Source of the DNA: Blepharisma stoltei ATCC 30299
Lineage: Eukaryota; Protista; Ciliophora
Direction: 5' to 3'
Length of the DNA: 64,000 nt
Assembly: GCA_965603825.1 (NCBI GenBank)
Contig: CBFDEM010000003.1
Coordinates: forward strand, 248,001 to 312,000
Both the position numbers and the translations under genes were made by a program. Position 1 is the first letter of the stretch; every line of letters begins with the position of its first letter. Under the pieces are notes generated by a model. The model worked only from the letters and a program-made list of their open reading frames with translations, had not been told where the DNA came from and made no database searches. Shown one piece after another: positions 22,492 through 35,772 of the stretch.

Positions 22492-23697
22492 ATGGCCAAA
22501 AGAGATCGTAATTCGTTAAGCTATATCAAATGCACACCCTCATATTTTGATCTTGTAGACCGCAATTCAGGGTTCTATAAGAGTGACATGAGAGGATTTT
22601 ACATAATGTTTACCCTCATAAGCTCAGGGTACATAGCGATTACTGCTTATGTGAAGTTCGTGACAAAAGGAATTCTATTTGAAGATTCTTACTTACAAAA
22701 GATGCTCCAAGATTTCTTTGTCGTTTCTTTGATTTGGCCTGGAATTTTTTGCTATTCATGGCTTGCTTATTTTTTACAACTTTTAATTATAAAAGGATTC
22801 CCGTTAAAAGTAGCTAACATACTACAGCATTTTTCTCAGTCATTGATGTTTATAGCAGCAAGTCATTTAACACTAGCAAGGAATTGGGGCTTAACCCAAA
22901 CTAGTTTTGCAACTATGCTTGCTTTGGTCCATTTTATGAAAATGCATTCTTATACCATGGTAAACCGCGATTTAAGAGAGCTCGCTCTAGAAAACCCTGG
23001 AAAATCAGAATATCCTCAAAATGTTAATGCGAAAAATTTTTTAATTTTTATGGTGACTCCTGCTTTAGTGTATCAAACAAGCTATCCCAAAATCCCTAAA
23101 TTCAGGCTGTCATATTTTTTACAAAAATTAGTTTTATTAATTGTCCAACTGGACATGGAGTACATAATTGCTAGCGACCACATTTTACCAATTATCAACA
23201 TGTCTAATGTTTTACCTTTAACTGAGGTATTCAGCCGTCTTGTAATCCCTTGTCTTATTTTTTACATAATGATATTTCTCATAATTTTCGAACAAATTTT
23301 AAACCTCTTCGCTGAAATGTCCCTATTTGGCGATAGAGAATTTTACTCAGACTGGTGAAATTCAACTACTTTTGAAGAATTCAACAGAAAATGAAATAGG
23401 ACCGTACATTTATTCCTGCACAAGCACGTTTATTTGGAGTGTTTACAGCGATATCAGCTTTCTGAAAACACTAGCAAGTTTATTACCTTCTTTTTCTCAG
23501 CATGTTGTCATGAAATGGTTTTAGCTCTGATCTGTAGAGATATTAAACCATATTTGATGCTTTTAATGATCTTTCAAATACCTGTCATGCTTTTCCAGAA
23601 GTATTTGAATAGGACCTTATTCGGTTTGTACTTTGTATGGGGATCAATGATGGTAGGGCTGCCTCTGCTGTTGTCTTTATACTCGAAAGGATTATAA
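22492..23697 (+). CDS. MBOAT acyltransferase, sterol O-acyltransferase/DGAT1 type
   Basis: MKMHSY, YPQN, PALVYQ..YP, FGDREFYSDW(W)NS..RK(W)NRTVH, FFFSACCHE; two TGA=Trp. Confidence 0.93.
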
Positions 23698-23731
23698 GAT
23701 TTATAAGATGATATTAATGATAATTATTTAG

Positions 23732-23944
23732 TTAATAACGAGGCTCTGTTATTCTTTGCCAATTTTTGAAGTTGGGCTCAAACATAAATCCCTTTTCGTT
23801 GATGAAAAGCCAGTCAAATAAGCACAAGATTCCCCAGAAAATTGCGAGCACAGTCCATGGAATCCAGTAATCAGCCCTAGAAATAAAAGCTATGAACACT
23901 AGAATTGTAAAAATCACGACTTCAACTTTATGTCTTCCGCTCAT
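23732..23944 (-). CDS. small two-TM membrane protein
   Basis: 70-aa ORF from ATG 23944 with two hydrophobic helices and a FMFEPNFKNW tail. Confidence 0.65.
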   Translation of the reverse strand: MSGRHKVEVVIFTILVFIAFISRADYWIPWTVLAIFWGILCLFDWLFINEKGFMFEPNFKNWQRITEPRY

Positions 23945-24246
23945 ATTTATTGATTGCAATACCTAAAAGAATTTATATTACCTGATATGTGTAGAAAATT
24001 ATATTGTCTTTATAGCATATATCTGAAGAAAACAGCTCAATTTCGATAAATTTTAATTTATCACTGCAAATTATAATAAATCCTATATTATGGGTGAAAT
24101 CATGTTTTCAGTTTGATTTTATATACCTGATATTATAATAAAATTTATTCAGGGCCTTCTGAAAACTGTAGGGCTGTTATCACATAAGAAAAATAACGGA
24201 AACATTAGATCATGGACGTATTTTAAAGCCTTATTCTTTTTTATAA

Positions 24247-25047
24247 ATGGGCTGCCAGTCAAGTCGAGAAGACCTAAGCAAGGAAGAACGAGCGATTATG
24301 CTTATGGAAGACCAGCTTGAATTTTTTAAAAATACCTGCAAGATTGTAGATCTGAATTTCAGGAAGTATTCTTCTAATGGATCGATAAATGCCAATCAAT
24401 GATCAGACATAACAAAATCCCTTGGGATCAAAACCAGAAACTGCTATCAATGCCCAAAGGTTGAAGAATTCTATGAGCGGCACAGAACTAGCAATGGAGA
24501 TTATCGCATAAAGCCTTTGTTAACACTCGGCATTTTGATGAGCAGCGGGACTTCTCGCCAAAAATCAAAGCTTTTATTTGAGATGCTGGACCCTACGAAC
24601 TCAAAAGAACTGAGAAAAGAGGTAATTGAAGAGATGCTAGGCTATATTCTTGACGTCTGCATCAATGATCTCCCTGCCTTGGTATCGAATCAAACTTATC
24701 CACCTGTGTCTGAATTTAAAGTTCGGAGCTATGTCCAGATGCTCGTTGACTGTAGAGAGGCTGCAAAGGAAAAGCTACTTCATATTTTTTTGAATGGAAA
24801 TCCAAAAGAAAAAGAAGCTGTGACTTTGCATGAGTTCCAAGAGGTTTTTCACGATGAAACAAATGCAAGATTGTTTTTCCCACATGGAGTAAGGCATTTC
24901 GTGTTGAAGAATGGGCATGATGTGCATAAGCTAGAGCATAAATTAAGGAAAATGCAAGAGGATAATTTCGGAACTATTGAAGACAAAAAGGAAAATGTCG
25001 AAAACTTAGGAACAGCAGAAGATAGAAAGGAAACTGAAAATAAATAA
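24247..25047 (+). CDS. N-acylated (MGC) EF-hand-like protein
   Basis: The frame extends upstream through one TGA to ATG 24247 (MGCQSS). G..RQKSKLLFEMLDPTNSKEL is EF-hand-like. Confidence 0.75.
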
Positions 25048-25134
25048 TTAGAGTAAGCATATTAATGACATGAGCATAGATTTTAAAGCAGAAATCTGCC
25101 TTATCATATAGGAATTATAATGCTTTAGATTGTA

Positions 25135-28100
25135 TTATATAATTCTAGACGATATTTTTAATTCAGTGTCAAATGATTCTGCTTGTGTTATATCCGCTTT
25201 TGCTGGATTAGTTATTGTGTATTCGCTATCATTTATATTCAGCATATCTTCAATTTTTTCTCTTTCTCGTGCTATATTCTTTCGTTTTTTTCTATTTTTT
25301 CTTGATGCTTTCATTGAATTGAAATTTTTTTCAGAAGTCTTCATTATTCCTCCTAGAGCACCCATGGCTCCAAATACAGATCCCAATAAAGCACTAAGCA
25401 CTGTTAATCATGTTTGCTTTGCAAATCTCTGTGTATATACACTATTTAAACTTCTAGTCAAAATAATTTCAAGTTTTAAGTTCGATGTAAATGGCAGACT
25501 ATATTAAAATTACTTTTCTACAGTATATTGAGATCCCGCTGTAGGAGGAGTATTATAAGAAATATGATATCCTGTCAATTTATCAGGCCAATCTGACACA
25601 TATGATTTAAAAAGCGAAGGAATTACAGAAAAATAAAACTTGCTTGGAGAAGATCCTCTAAAAATTTGATTATCATCAGGAATTAAAGATTGGAAAATGC
25701 CACTATATTGTTTTGGAATAGATGAAGATGATGTTAAGTTGATACTAATAGCAGAAGTGTAGCTTTGCTTTTCTTGCATATCTAATTCTATATATGCTCC
25801 AGTGCTTATTATACAATCAGTGAGATCAATCTTTATGTGGCAGTCACCTTGAATTTTTTTACAATTGACATCCATTGAGCTATATGAAACATAATAAAAC
25901 GATTGATAAATAGATGAGTCGCATTTATCGCCAGCTACGCACTCACCTCCATATCTATATAAAATTGTTTCAATTGTCACAGATGCTGGAAAATCAATCA
26001 ATTCGCTTTCCAAGGCTACTAAGGGTACAAGAGATTTGCTTTCATAGACATTATTTTTAATAAAAACAATGATACTTTCGCATATCAGGATTACTGCTGC
26101 TGCCATAAATATAATTGAGAATAGTCCTCCTATATATGTGTTCCTTCTTACCATATTTTCGAGCAGTTTGTAGTTGTGGTCATCTTCATAAAGATCAATC
26201 TCATGGAGCTTGTTTCTTAGTGACTTTATGCATAATAATAAGATAAAAGTGACGAATAAAGCTGACCCAACTGCAATCAGCATATCATTGACAATATCAT
26301 CTGCATCTTTATTATAACTTGAGGCGGGAAACATGGATGGCTGGATTGATAAGTATGACGCAATTATATCTTTTTTTAATGGTTGGACACTTCCTGCAGG
26401 GCAATATCTGTTTATAGGGCACTCTCTGCAAGAAGCTGAACCATTGAAAGGGTTATAATAGCCTGACTCACATGGTAGGCATTGGTAAGCAGTATTTGCT
26501 CCGATATTACCGTTGAAAGTCCCTGACGGGCAGAGGCTGCAACTAGTAGCTCCATAAAAAGAATTATATTGTCCTTTAGGGCATGGAATGCACTCATTAT
26601 CTTTTAGATATGTCCCTGGGCTGCAAGCTCACCCACATGATGAATTTGTAGATTGATCACAAGCAAGTTCAACTTTTATTAAAGTGTTTTTACCTAAAAA
26701 AGCTCTCATAGCTTTTCCAGATGCCGAACCGCCTCCCTGAATATAGAAACTTGTTTTGTAATAGGCTCAAGCAAATGAATAAAAATAATCTTCTAAACTG
26801 TTTTGAGATGTGATTGTGTCAGTATTGAGGTCCAGAACATAAATGCTGTTTTTGGGATCTGTTCCTCAGGCTTGTCCTCCAATTACACCTACTTCATTTT
26901 TTTTATTAAGCAGAACAGCTGCATTAGCTCTTGCGTTGCTCCCCCCTGCATCATAATGCAAATTTATTCACTTTTTTGAAGTCATGTTAAAAACATCAAC
27001 ACTCCCAAGCGGCATATCTCCATCAGTCGATCCTAGCATTGTGTAAAAAAGAACATTTCCATAGATATCAGAACTTAATTCGCACATATGCCCATAAACT
27101 GGATATGGGTTAGCTCCAGATTTTGCCTCATATACTAGTGTAAAAGTATTGGTCCCTGTATTATATAGCCATAAATCATTTATTATTCCAGACTCTGTTT
27201 TGCCTCCAAATATATAAACATAAGGCAAAAACATTTGCATACAAGCTTCTGTCCTACCTGATGGTAAATTTGTAGAGCTTGGGGTAACTTTATTTCATGT
27301 ATTCGTTATAAGGTTTAGATAATATAAATCATTTAAGTATGAATTTCCATCAGAACCTCCAAAAATAACTACAATATCTCCTTGAGAATCAAATGCATGA
27401 CCAGCTCTTGCTGATGGTGGATTACCTGCTGTCATAATTGAGCTCCAGGAATAAGGATTATCAGGATCAAAAACTCATAAGTCGTTATAATAAGTATCCC
27501 CATTTTGTCCTCCGAATAAAAATAATTTCGCTTGAGCAGCACATAAAGAGTGGCTTTTTCTTGGGCTTGGACTCTTAAACTCTTTATTTATAATTGTATA
27601 GGTAAGCTCTGATTTGGTTAAATTAAATTGTATTAAGCTGTTCATGATTGCTACACTAGCTGTTGAACTAAATCCTCCAAATAAGTAAACAATTTCATTG
27701 TCAATAGCAAACGCATATGAATCTCTTGGGATCATGCTTCAATTTTCATCTTTGGCTATAGTTGTTTTAGATCATTTATAAGTGGAATCTAATAAATTTA
27801 CTTTCATAATATTTTCTACATCCTTGCCTGTGATATCAGACCATCCAAATAATAAATAAAACTCATTATTATATACTGTACTTCCAGTGAGATACCTATA
27901 ATCATATGTATTACTGTAATTTGTAATATTTTCTCATTTATTATTGGTCAAATCATATCTGAAAAACTCTTGATTGAACTCATATATAGTGCCATGTTGT
28001 CCTTGCCCACCTACTAAATATATAAATCCATCTCAGTAATGAATTGTTGGAGAATTTAGTTTCGGGACTGAAACCCCTTCTGAGCTTGCTTTTGATCAAG

Positions 28101-28665
28101 TTAAATTCCCGACATGAAATCTATTTATTCATTACATATACAAATTATTATCAGCTCCAGTTGTTAAAGTACCTCCATAAATCGCAAATTTTAATTTGTT
28201 GCTATCATTCTTATCATTATATCGTGTATAAGCAAAACGGGATCTCACTGAAGGAATTCGTCCTTTTTGCTTGATCATAGTCCATTGATAGTTTATTAGA
28301 TCAAAGGTTCACATATCGTTTTGAGGGCCATTTGTTGAGCTTCCTCCAAATATATATAAAAGATCATCATCTGAATCAACAAATCCTCCAAAGAAATACC
28401 TTTGAGCTATTTATCGCTTACAAGGAGTTATTTGAGAAGCAGCTTGAAGCTCATGCCAGCGATAATCTTCAAAAGAGAATTGCCATACATCATTATATAT
28501 CTTGGATACTCCTTGATTCCCTCCAAAAGTAATCAGACAGTTACCCTTTTGATAGAAATCAAGAACATGATATTGTCTCTCTTCTGGTGGTGTGTCTGTT
28601 GTAGGAATTCTCGTGATTGTTTGACTAAGGGCTGCATTTAAAAAAGACAAAATCCAGAATCTCAT
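25135..28665 (-). CDS. Kelch-repeat + Cys-rich membrane protein with three TM helices, paralog 1; three 15-nt introns
   Basis: One frame after TGA=Trp and splicing of 28407-28421, 28121-28135 and 25499-25513. Signal peptide, many LYIFGG..NDLW Kelch blades, C-x2-C-PxGxY repeats, three hydrophobic helices. Confidence 0.87.
25499..25513 (-). other. 15-nt intron GTAATTTTAATATAG
   Basis: Removes an in-frame TAA; the position is conserved in paralog 2. Confidence 0.88.
28121..28135 (-). other. 15-nt intron GTAATGAATAAATAG
   Basis: Removes an in-frame TAA; the position is conserved in paralog 2. Confidence 0.88.
28407..28421 (-). other. 15-nt intron GTAAGCGATAAATAG
   Basis: Removes an in-frame TAA and restores the Kelch P-S-Q-R motif. 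Confidence 0.88.
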
Positions 28666-28980
28666 ATGTAAATTAAGTTTTAATGAGATAAAAATCACTA
28701 TTTACAAAAATTAAAATACATATAAAAAATGAGCAAATTAAATAGAAAGCAAAACTGAAACGTTTTATTTTAAGAGATTAAAATTTATCATTATTCTTAA
28801 TTTAATTCAGCTCAAGTTTCATGCTCTATACAACAATCTTAAATTTTAATTATATCAAATCTTATTGGCATAACAATAAGAGAAAAATTTATAATGCTTC
28901 ATATATGCAAAGAATTTGTAAATTTATTTTACTTTCTGAGCGATTCTACAAAATTATGTCTTAATTTCTCAATAGAGTTT

Positions 28981-31900
28981 TTATTGTGGAATTTTCAATT
29001 CTATATTAAGTGAATCCGTTTTGGTTATATCTAACTTCGCTAGGGCAGATGCTCCTTCTCTTTTTTCATCCAGATTCATCATAGTATGAATTTTATTATT
29101 TTCTCTTGCAATACTCTTCCTTTTTCTTTTATTTTTTCTCCATATTTTGAACATCGTGATATATTTTTCAGAGAATTTCATAAATCCTCTTAAAGCTCCC
29201 ATAGCCCCAAACACAGACCCCAATAAGCCACTAATCACTATAAATCAAGTCTGCTTTGCAAATCTTTGTGTGTATACGCTGTTTAAGCTCCTTGTCAAAA
29301 TGATTTTAAGCTTTAAATTATATGTAAATGGCAAACTAAATAACATTTACTTTGGTATTGTATATTGAGACCCAGCAGTTGGTGCAGTATTATACGAAAT
29401 ATGATATCCTGTTAATTTGCCAGGCCAGTCATATACATATGACTTAAATAGTGAAGGAATGACTGAAAAATAAAACTTGCTTGGCAAAGCTCCTCTGAAA
29501 ATCTTATTGCTATCTGAGACTAAGGACTGAAAAATGGCGCTGTGCTGGCCAGGAATTGATGAAGATGATGTTAAGTTTACACTAATAGCAGAAGTATAGC
29601 TTTGCTTTTCTTCCATATCTACTTCTATATATGCTCCAGTGCTTATTACGCAATCAGAAAAAGAAATTTTTATATAGCAATCACCCTCAATTTTTTTGCA
29701 GTTTATATCAATTGAACTATAAGAAATATGATAAAATATCTGATAAATAGAAGACTCGCACTTGTCATTAGCCACACAGTCACCTCCATATCTATATAAA
29801 ATAATTTCAAATGATATTGAAGCTGGGAAATCAACCAGCTCGCTTTCTAAAGCCACTAATGGCACTAGAGACTTATCTTCATATGCATTATCTTTTGCAT
29901 ATATAATGATTTGACCACATATGAGGATTACTGCTACTGCGAAAAAAATGATTGAGAATAGTCCTCCTATGTAAGTGCTGCGTCTTATCATATCTTCAAA
30001 AAGCCTATAGTTATGATCTTGTTGATAGATATCAAGTTTTTTAAGCTTGACTCTTAATGATTTTATACCTATCAATAAAGCACTAGTGATAAATAAAAGT
30101 GAGCAGACTACGATCAGCATTATTATGACTACATCATTTGCGTCTTTAGTGTAAGATGAAGCAGGAAATAATGATGGCTGAATTGATAAATGATGTGAAG
30201 TTATATTATTTTTTAAAGGATGCACACTTCCTGCAGGGCAATATCTATTAATGGGGCACATTCTACAAGTAGCTGAGCCATTGAATGAATTGTAAGTTCC
30301 TGGCTCACATGGATAGCATTGCAAAAGAGAGTTTGATCCTTTTAGTGCATTGAACGTCCCTGTAGGGCAAAGAGTGCAAGCGGTTGCCCCATAGTCAGGA
30401 TTGTATTGTCCTTCGGGGCACGGAATACAATCATTATCTTTTGTATATGTCCCAGGGCTGCAAGTCCAGCCACACGAAGAGTTCGTTGATTTATCACAGG
30501 CAAGCTCAACTTTAATTAAAGTATTTTTCCCTAAAAATGCTTTCATTGCTTTTCCAGAAACCGAACCTCCACCTTGTATATAAAAGCTTTTCTTATAATA
30601 AAAATAAGCAAATGAATAAAAATAGTCATGCAAACTGTTCTGAAAAGTTGTTATACCAGTATTGAGATCTAAAATAAATATGCTTTTTTGGGGATCAGTT
30701 CCTCAGGCTTGTCCTCCAATTACTCCAATTTCATTTTTTTTATTGAGTAGAACTGCAGCATTGGCTCTTGCAGTGCCCTTTCCTGTGCTATTATGGATAT
30801 TTATCCATTTTCGCAGAGTCATGTTATATATATCAACATTCCCTACAGGCAATTCTCCATCAGTAGATCCAAACATTGTGTAAAAAATTACATTGTTATA
30901 GCTGTCTGAAGCTAACTCACACACATGTCCATAAACCGGTAATGGATATGTCCCAGGAGTATCCTCATATAACAGCTTAAATTTATTAGTCCCTGTATTG
31001 TATAACCACAAATCATTCACCACTCCAAGATCTGTTTTACCTCCAAATATAAATACAAAAGGCAAAAACATTTGCATGCATGCGCCTGTTCTTCCAGTTG
31101 GCTTATTTGTAGAGCTTAAAATGACTTTATTTCATGTGCTCGTCATAAGGTTGAGGTAAAATAAGTCATTTAAATAAGCTTTTCCATCAAATCCACCAAA
31201 AACAAGTACAATATCTCCTTGTGAGTCGAAAGCATGCCCTGCTCTCGCTGATGGTGGATTTCCTGAAGTCATAATTGAGTTTCAGTAAGGAGTATCACTT
31301 TCTGGGTCAAAAATCCATAAATCATTATAAAATATATCACCATTTTGCCCACCAAATAGAAATAATTTGGATTCAGCTGCACATAAGGAATGGCTTTTCC
31401 GTGGACTTGGACCCCTAAATTCGATATTAATAATATCATAGGTAATTTCTGAAGCAGTTAAGTCAAACGCTACTAAGCTATTAGTTATTGCTAAGGTATT
31501 ATTTGAAATAAATCCTGCAAATATGTACACTGTTCCATTATCATGGCTTGCAAACGCAAATGAGTCTCTGGGGGCCATCTCTCAGCGTTCATCTTTTACA
31601 ATATTTGTAGTAGATCACGCATAAGTAGAGCTTAATAAATTTACTTTCATAATGTTTTTTACATCTCCACCAGTGATATCAGATCATCCAAATAATAAAT
31701 AAAACTCATTATTATATACTGCGCTCCCTGTGAGATATCTATATCCGTATGGGCTGCTGCTGTTTGTAATATTTTCTCATTTATTATTTGTCAAATCATA
31801 TCTGAAAAACTCTTGATTAAATTCATAAGCTGAGCCATGCACCCCTTGTCCACCTGCTAAGTAAATGAATCCATCTCAGTATTGAATTGTTGGAGAATTT

Positions 31901-32511
31901 AATCTTGGAACTGAAACTCCTTCTGGACTTGTAAAAGACCAATTTAAACTTTTGACGTCAAATCTAAATATTGATTACATGAATAAATTATTGTCAAGGC
32001 CACTTCTTGAAGTCCCTCCATAAATCGCAAACTTAAGCTTATTGTTGTCATTCTTATCATTATATCGAGTATAGGCAAAGCGGGATCTTGGAGAAGGGAC
32101 ATGCCCGTTTTGACTTATTATTGTCCATTGATAATTTATTAGGTCAAATGTCCACATATCGTTTTGCGGACCATTTGTTGTGCTTCCTCCAAAAATATAA
32201 AAAGAGTCACCATCTGAATCAATAAAGCCTCCTAAACTATACCTTTTTGCTAAATATCGCTTACAAGGAGCAATTTGAGAAGCAGCTTGAAGTTCTTGCC
32301 AACGATAGTCTGAAAAAGAGAATTCTCAGACATCATTGTATATCTTGGAGATTCCTTGATCTCCTCCAAAAGTAATTAAGCAGTTACCTTTTGAGTAAAA
32401 ATCCATGAAATTGTATTGTCTCTCCTCTGGTGGCGTATCGGTTGTAGGGATTCTTGTAATGTTTTGGCTGGTAGATAGGCTTAAAGAAGAAAGCAGCAAC
32501 CAAAAATTCAT
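28981..32511 (-). CDS. Kelch-repeat + Cys-rich membrane protein with three TM helices, paralog 2; three 15-nt introns
   Basis: Colinear with paralog 1 (shared RIPTTDTPPEERQY, KSLVPLVALESEL, LLGSVFGAMGAL). Same 3531-nt span. Introns at 32250-32264, 31964-31978 and 29336-29350. Confidence 0.87.
29336..29350 (-). other. 15-nt intron GTAAATGTTATTTAG
   Basis: Removes an in-frame TAA; homologous to 25499-25513. Confidence 0.88.
31964..31978 (-). other. 15-nt intron GTAATCAATATTTAG
   Basis: Removes an in-frame TAA; homologous to 28121-28135. Confidence 0.88.
32250..32264 (-). other. 15-nt intron GTAAGCGATATTTAG (contains no in-frame stop)
   Basis: Inferred from 13/15 identity to, and the same position as, intron 28407-28421. 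Confidence 0.78.
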
Positions 32512-33545
32512 GCACAAAATATGTCTGTTGAAATGGAAAATACTGGTGTTTAGAGATGGGTTGCATAATGTTTTAAAAAGAAGTAATAAGATTAGACAAA
32601 GAAAATCAAATTTTTTTATAGTTTTATGCATAAAAGAAATTAAAATTATGTTTCATTAAGCTAAGAGTTATGGATCAAAATTGTTTAATCTCAAATACTA
32701 CAAAATTAAAATTTATTAAATAGAAAAATCAATATAGGGATATAAAGATTAAGGCTTCTTAACTTTGATTAATTGGCAATTGATCTAAGAGCTCTTTAAG
32801 TTTGTAATAATAAGCTTAGATTAAAATGCGAATCTATTTTACGATTAGTCCAGAATAATTATTTGACACTAAATTTGCATAAATTATATCATTTGCGCGA
32901 GTAGCATTTAATTTCTATAAGTAATGTATTTCATATATCTATTTTGCTTACATTAAAAGACTCATTTATTTATAGTCTATGTAATAAATGATTAATAAAA
33001 TATTAATTGCGTGATTAATTGAGAAGGCTTTTATTAGTAGTAATTGATAAATTTGATTATAAAGAAAATAGCTTGTAAGCAGTTTCTTTATATAGCTTAT
33101 GCACTAGGAATTATCATTATTTTCAATTAAACAGATTTTAGGAATTGATGCCCCTTAGAACACAAAGCAGGCATTTATTCTCGATATGGAATTGAAAGCA
33201 ATGGCTTTTACACTGATACTATTTTGGTACTTCAAAAAGTTTTGAAAAACAAATTTTGATCAAGCTGCATAGAGATATTTTGGAATGCCAAATATCCCTG
33301 CATTAAAAGGTTGCTATTTTCAGCTTCAATAATTAAAAATGCTTGAGCTAACTTCTTAATATAGTGGATGGCCTATATAGATATCATTCTTCAGCCAAAT
33401 CAAAATTAAAATTATTGATTAGACCTGATTTGAATCTATAACTTTAAATTGATTTTTCTGTGTCGTTAAAATCATTTTTATTTTAGGTTGACCTTAGCTC
33501 ATAATTGCAATATCAATTTATAAAACTTCTGTTTCTTTAATAATT

Positions 33546-34502
33546 ATGTCTGATTTATCAAGTGACTCAGACTCCGGATCGCTAAGTCCAAAGCACGAGG
33601 AGCCTAGAGAGCCAAAGGAGCCCTACATATCTTCTGATTCCTCAAACGAGAGTTCTGAAGAATCCCAGGAAGAAGCCGAAAAGCAAATTCAGTCCGAGGC
33701 CGAAGAAGAGGTCGAATTTATTGCAAATTTGACAAAGAAAAAAGGACTTAAGCGCAAAAGAAGCTTTGACGACAACGAACAAGTGGAAAACCTTGTGGAC
33801 ACGATACTGAAAGAAATGATGCAAGCAGTAGATGAAGACATCTCCGCTAACCAAGATGGACATCCCGCTTTGAGCAAGCTCAAAATGCTAGACAAAGTAA
33901 TAAAGTTCCTTACAGTCAGCAAATATCATGATTTGTTCTTAGAAATGAACGGGTCACTAGTCCTCAGCAAATGGCTCGCCCAATCGCCAGATGGTTCATT
34001 CCCTTCAACTCCAATTAAAGAAGGACTGCTCCAAGTAATGCAGGACATTCCTATCCAAACTAAAAATTTAGAAGAGAGTGGCTTAGGGAAAAGTGTAATG
34101 GCAATTTATCAGAATCCAAATGAAACACTTAGGGTTAAAAAATTAGCAAAGCATTTGATAGATAAATGGAGCAGAATGATTTACGAAATTGATATTGATT
34201 ATGCTTCTCTTGGAGGAGTGGAAGAAAATGAAGACTCAGATGTCCCAGTCACTCAACAAAATAAAGTGACACTGAATAAAATATTGCACAATAATGATAC
34301 AAGTGCTTTCACCAGAATTCCTGATAAAGGACTATTTGATTTTAAGTACAGGCCTCCTCCTAGAGCAAGTGAAGAAATGGGACACAGCCAGCCACATACA
34401 AGTGAAACTATCAGCAGGCTAAAGAAAAGGCTTCAAATGAAAAAGAAAGGGAAAAAGAGAGCCACTGGAAATATGAGTGTGGATGGGAGGTCTCTTTATT
34501 AG
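33546..34502 (+). CDS. IWS1: transcription elongation factor IWS1/Spn1
   Basis: Acidic N-terminus; PALSKLKML, WLAQSPDGSFP, LEESGLGK, LIDKWSRMI. Confidence 0.9.
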   Translation: MSDLSSDSDSGSLSPKHEEPREPKEPYISSDSSNESSEESQEEAEKQIQSEAEEEVEFIANLTKKKGLKRKRSFDDNEQVENLVDTILKEMMQAVDEDISANQDGHPALSKLKMLDKVIKFLTVSKYHDLFLEMNGSLVLSKWLAQSPDGSFPSTPIKEGLLQVMQDIPIQTKNLEESGLGKSVMAIYQNPNETLRVKKLAKHLIDKWSRMIYEIDIDYASLGGVEENEDSDVPVTQQNKVTLNKILHNNDTSAFTRIPDKGLFDFKYRPPPRASEEMGHSQPHTSETISRLKKRLQMKKKGKKRATGNMSVDGRSLY

Positions 34503-34915
34503 AAATGATAAATCTTTAATATAATTCCTTTTTTATCAAATTCTTATATATTTTGAACTGCTACAAACTGAATAGCGAATCAGGCTATCTTTTAAGCCAT
34601 CCATTCAGACAATTAATCTGTTTGAGAAACCAAAAAATATAAAGCAAGTTGTCAGGAAATTTTTTTGTTTTGCCAAGAATAGCAGAAAACCAAAATAACG
34701 AGTTGGAAAGCACATGTGTTTTAAGCTCTGCTGATATAGAACTATCTTTTATTCTTACAATGTTAACTAATTCGGTTAAGCAAAATGTCTAAACTTCAAT
34801 TTTATTTCCCATCGATTTAAATACTTTAAAAATGAGCTTTCCCATATTGCATTCTTCATATATCTCAAATTTTGTTTCCTCAGATTTATAGTTATCAAGC
34901 CAGTCAAAAAAATCT

Positions 34916-35353
34916 TTAAAATCTAAATGAAATTTCTGAGTTACAAGTTACTGTGTTTTTAGGAAATTTATAAGAAAGTTCCAAAATGCCTGCAATTTTG
35001 CTGCTATTATCATAATCCCAATAAGGGGAAATACATATTACGAAGTTCCCCAAAGAATAAGAAATTTCGATAGTTATATCTTTTTTAGTAAGCTGACTGA
35101 CCCCAGTTACTCTAACATATGAATGATCGGTATCAAATGATGAATCCTTTATACATCGGATTTCATATGGCACAAAGTGCTTCATTTGATTTTTGAAATC
35201 GTTGATGCTGCTGGAATATTTTGCTAAGCCTGAATAATCGATGATTTTTATTGGACCATCTTCAAGAATATTGTTTTCTGGTGTAGCTTTGGGTTGAATG
35301 CATCGATGATCTCTACTAATACAATAGCAGTAGTTGGTGAATAAGTTACCCAT
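34916..35353 (-). CDS. hypothetical protein with an MGN start and Cys cluster (possible acylation)
   Basis: 145-aa ATG..TAA ORF. Confidence 0.6.
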   Translation of the reverse strand: MGNLFTNYCYCISRDHRCIQPKATPENNILEDGPIKIIDYSGLAKYSSSINDFKNQMKHFVPYEIRCIKDSSFDTDHSYVRVTGVSQLTKKDITIEISYSLGNFVICISPYWDYDNSSKIAGILELSYKFPKNTVTCNSEISFRF

Positions 35354-35772
35354 TAATTTTTAAAATTAACGGAAAAAACATTGATTGAATTTTATTTGAT
35401 TTTTGTTGAATACAAAGATTATTAATAAAATAAAACATGCTTGTGGAAGTAGCTTTTTAATAATTTTAACTAAAATATCAGATATTAAAATTCAAATTTT
35501 GTAGCTGTAAATAATGAGAATAAACCTATCCATATAAATTATGTGATCTCTATTAGCTTATATTGATATTAACTATGAATCCTAGATAGCTGCATAATTT
35601 TTTGTTTATTAATAAATACAGAGAAAAGCTTACAAAAGAGTGACTAAAAATGTTTTCTTCTCGATTACTCAACATTTTTTAGATTAAACTAAGGAGGTAT
35701 CAATTTAAATTATTATGCAAGAAGTAATTTTTATATATCCGCAAATTATTTTTAGCATGATACACAATATAA

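Noticed and set aside
23963-23981. Possible 19-nt 5'-UTR intron GTAATATAAATTCTTTTAG (minus strand)
   Set aside because: Wrong length, lacks the A six bases from the 3' end, and is not needed for any frame.
33130-33365. About 75 open codons (UGA=Trp) and an imperfect hairpin in the spacer before IWS1
   Set aside because: No start codon, no recognisable motif, and a weak AT-rich stem.
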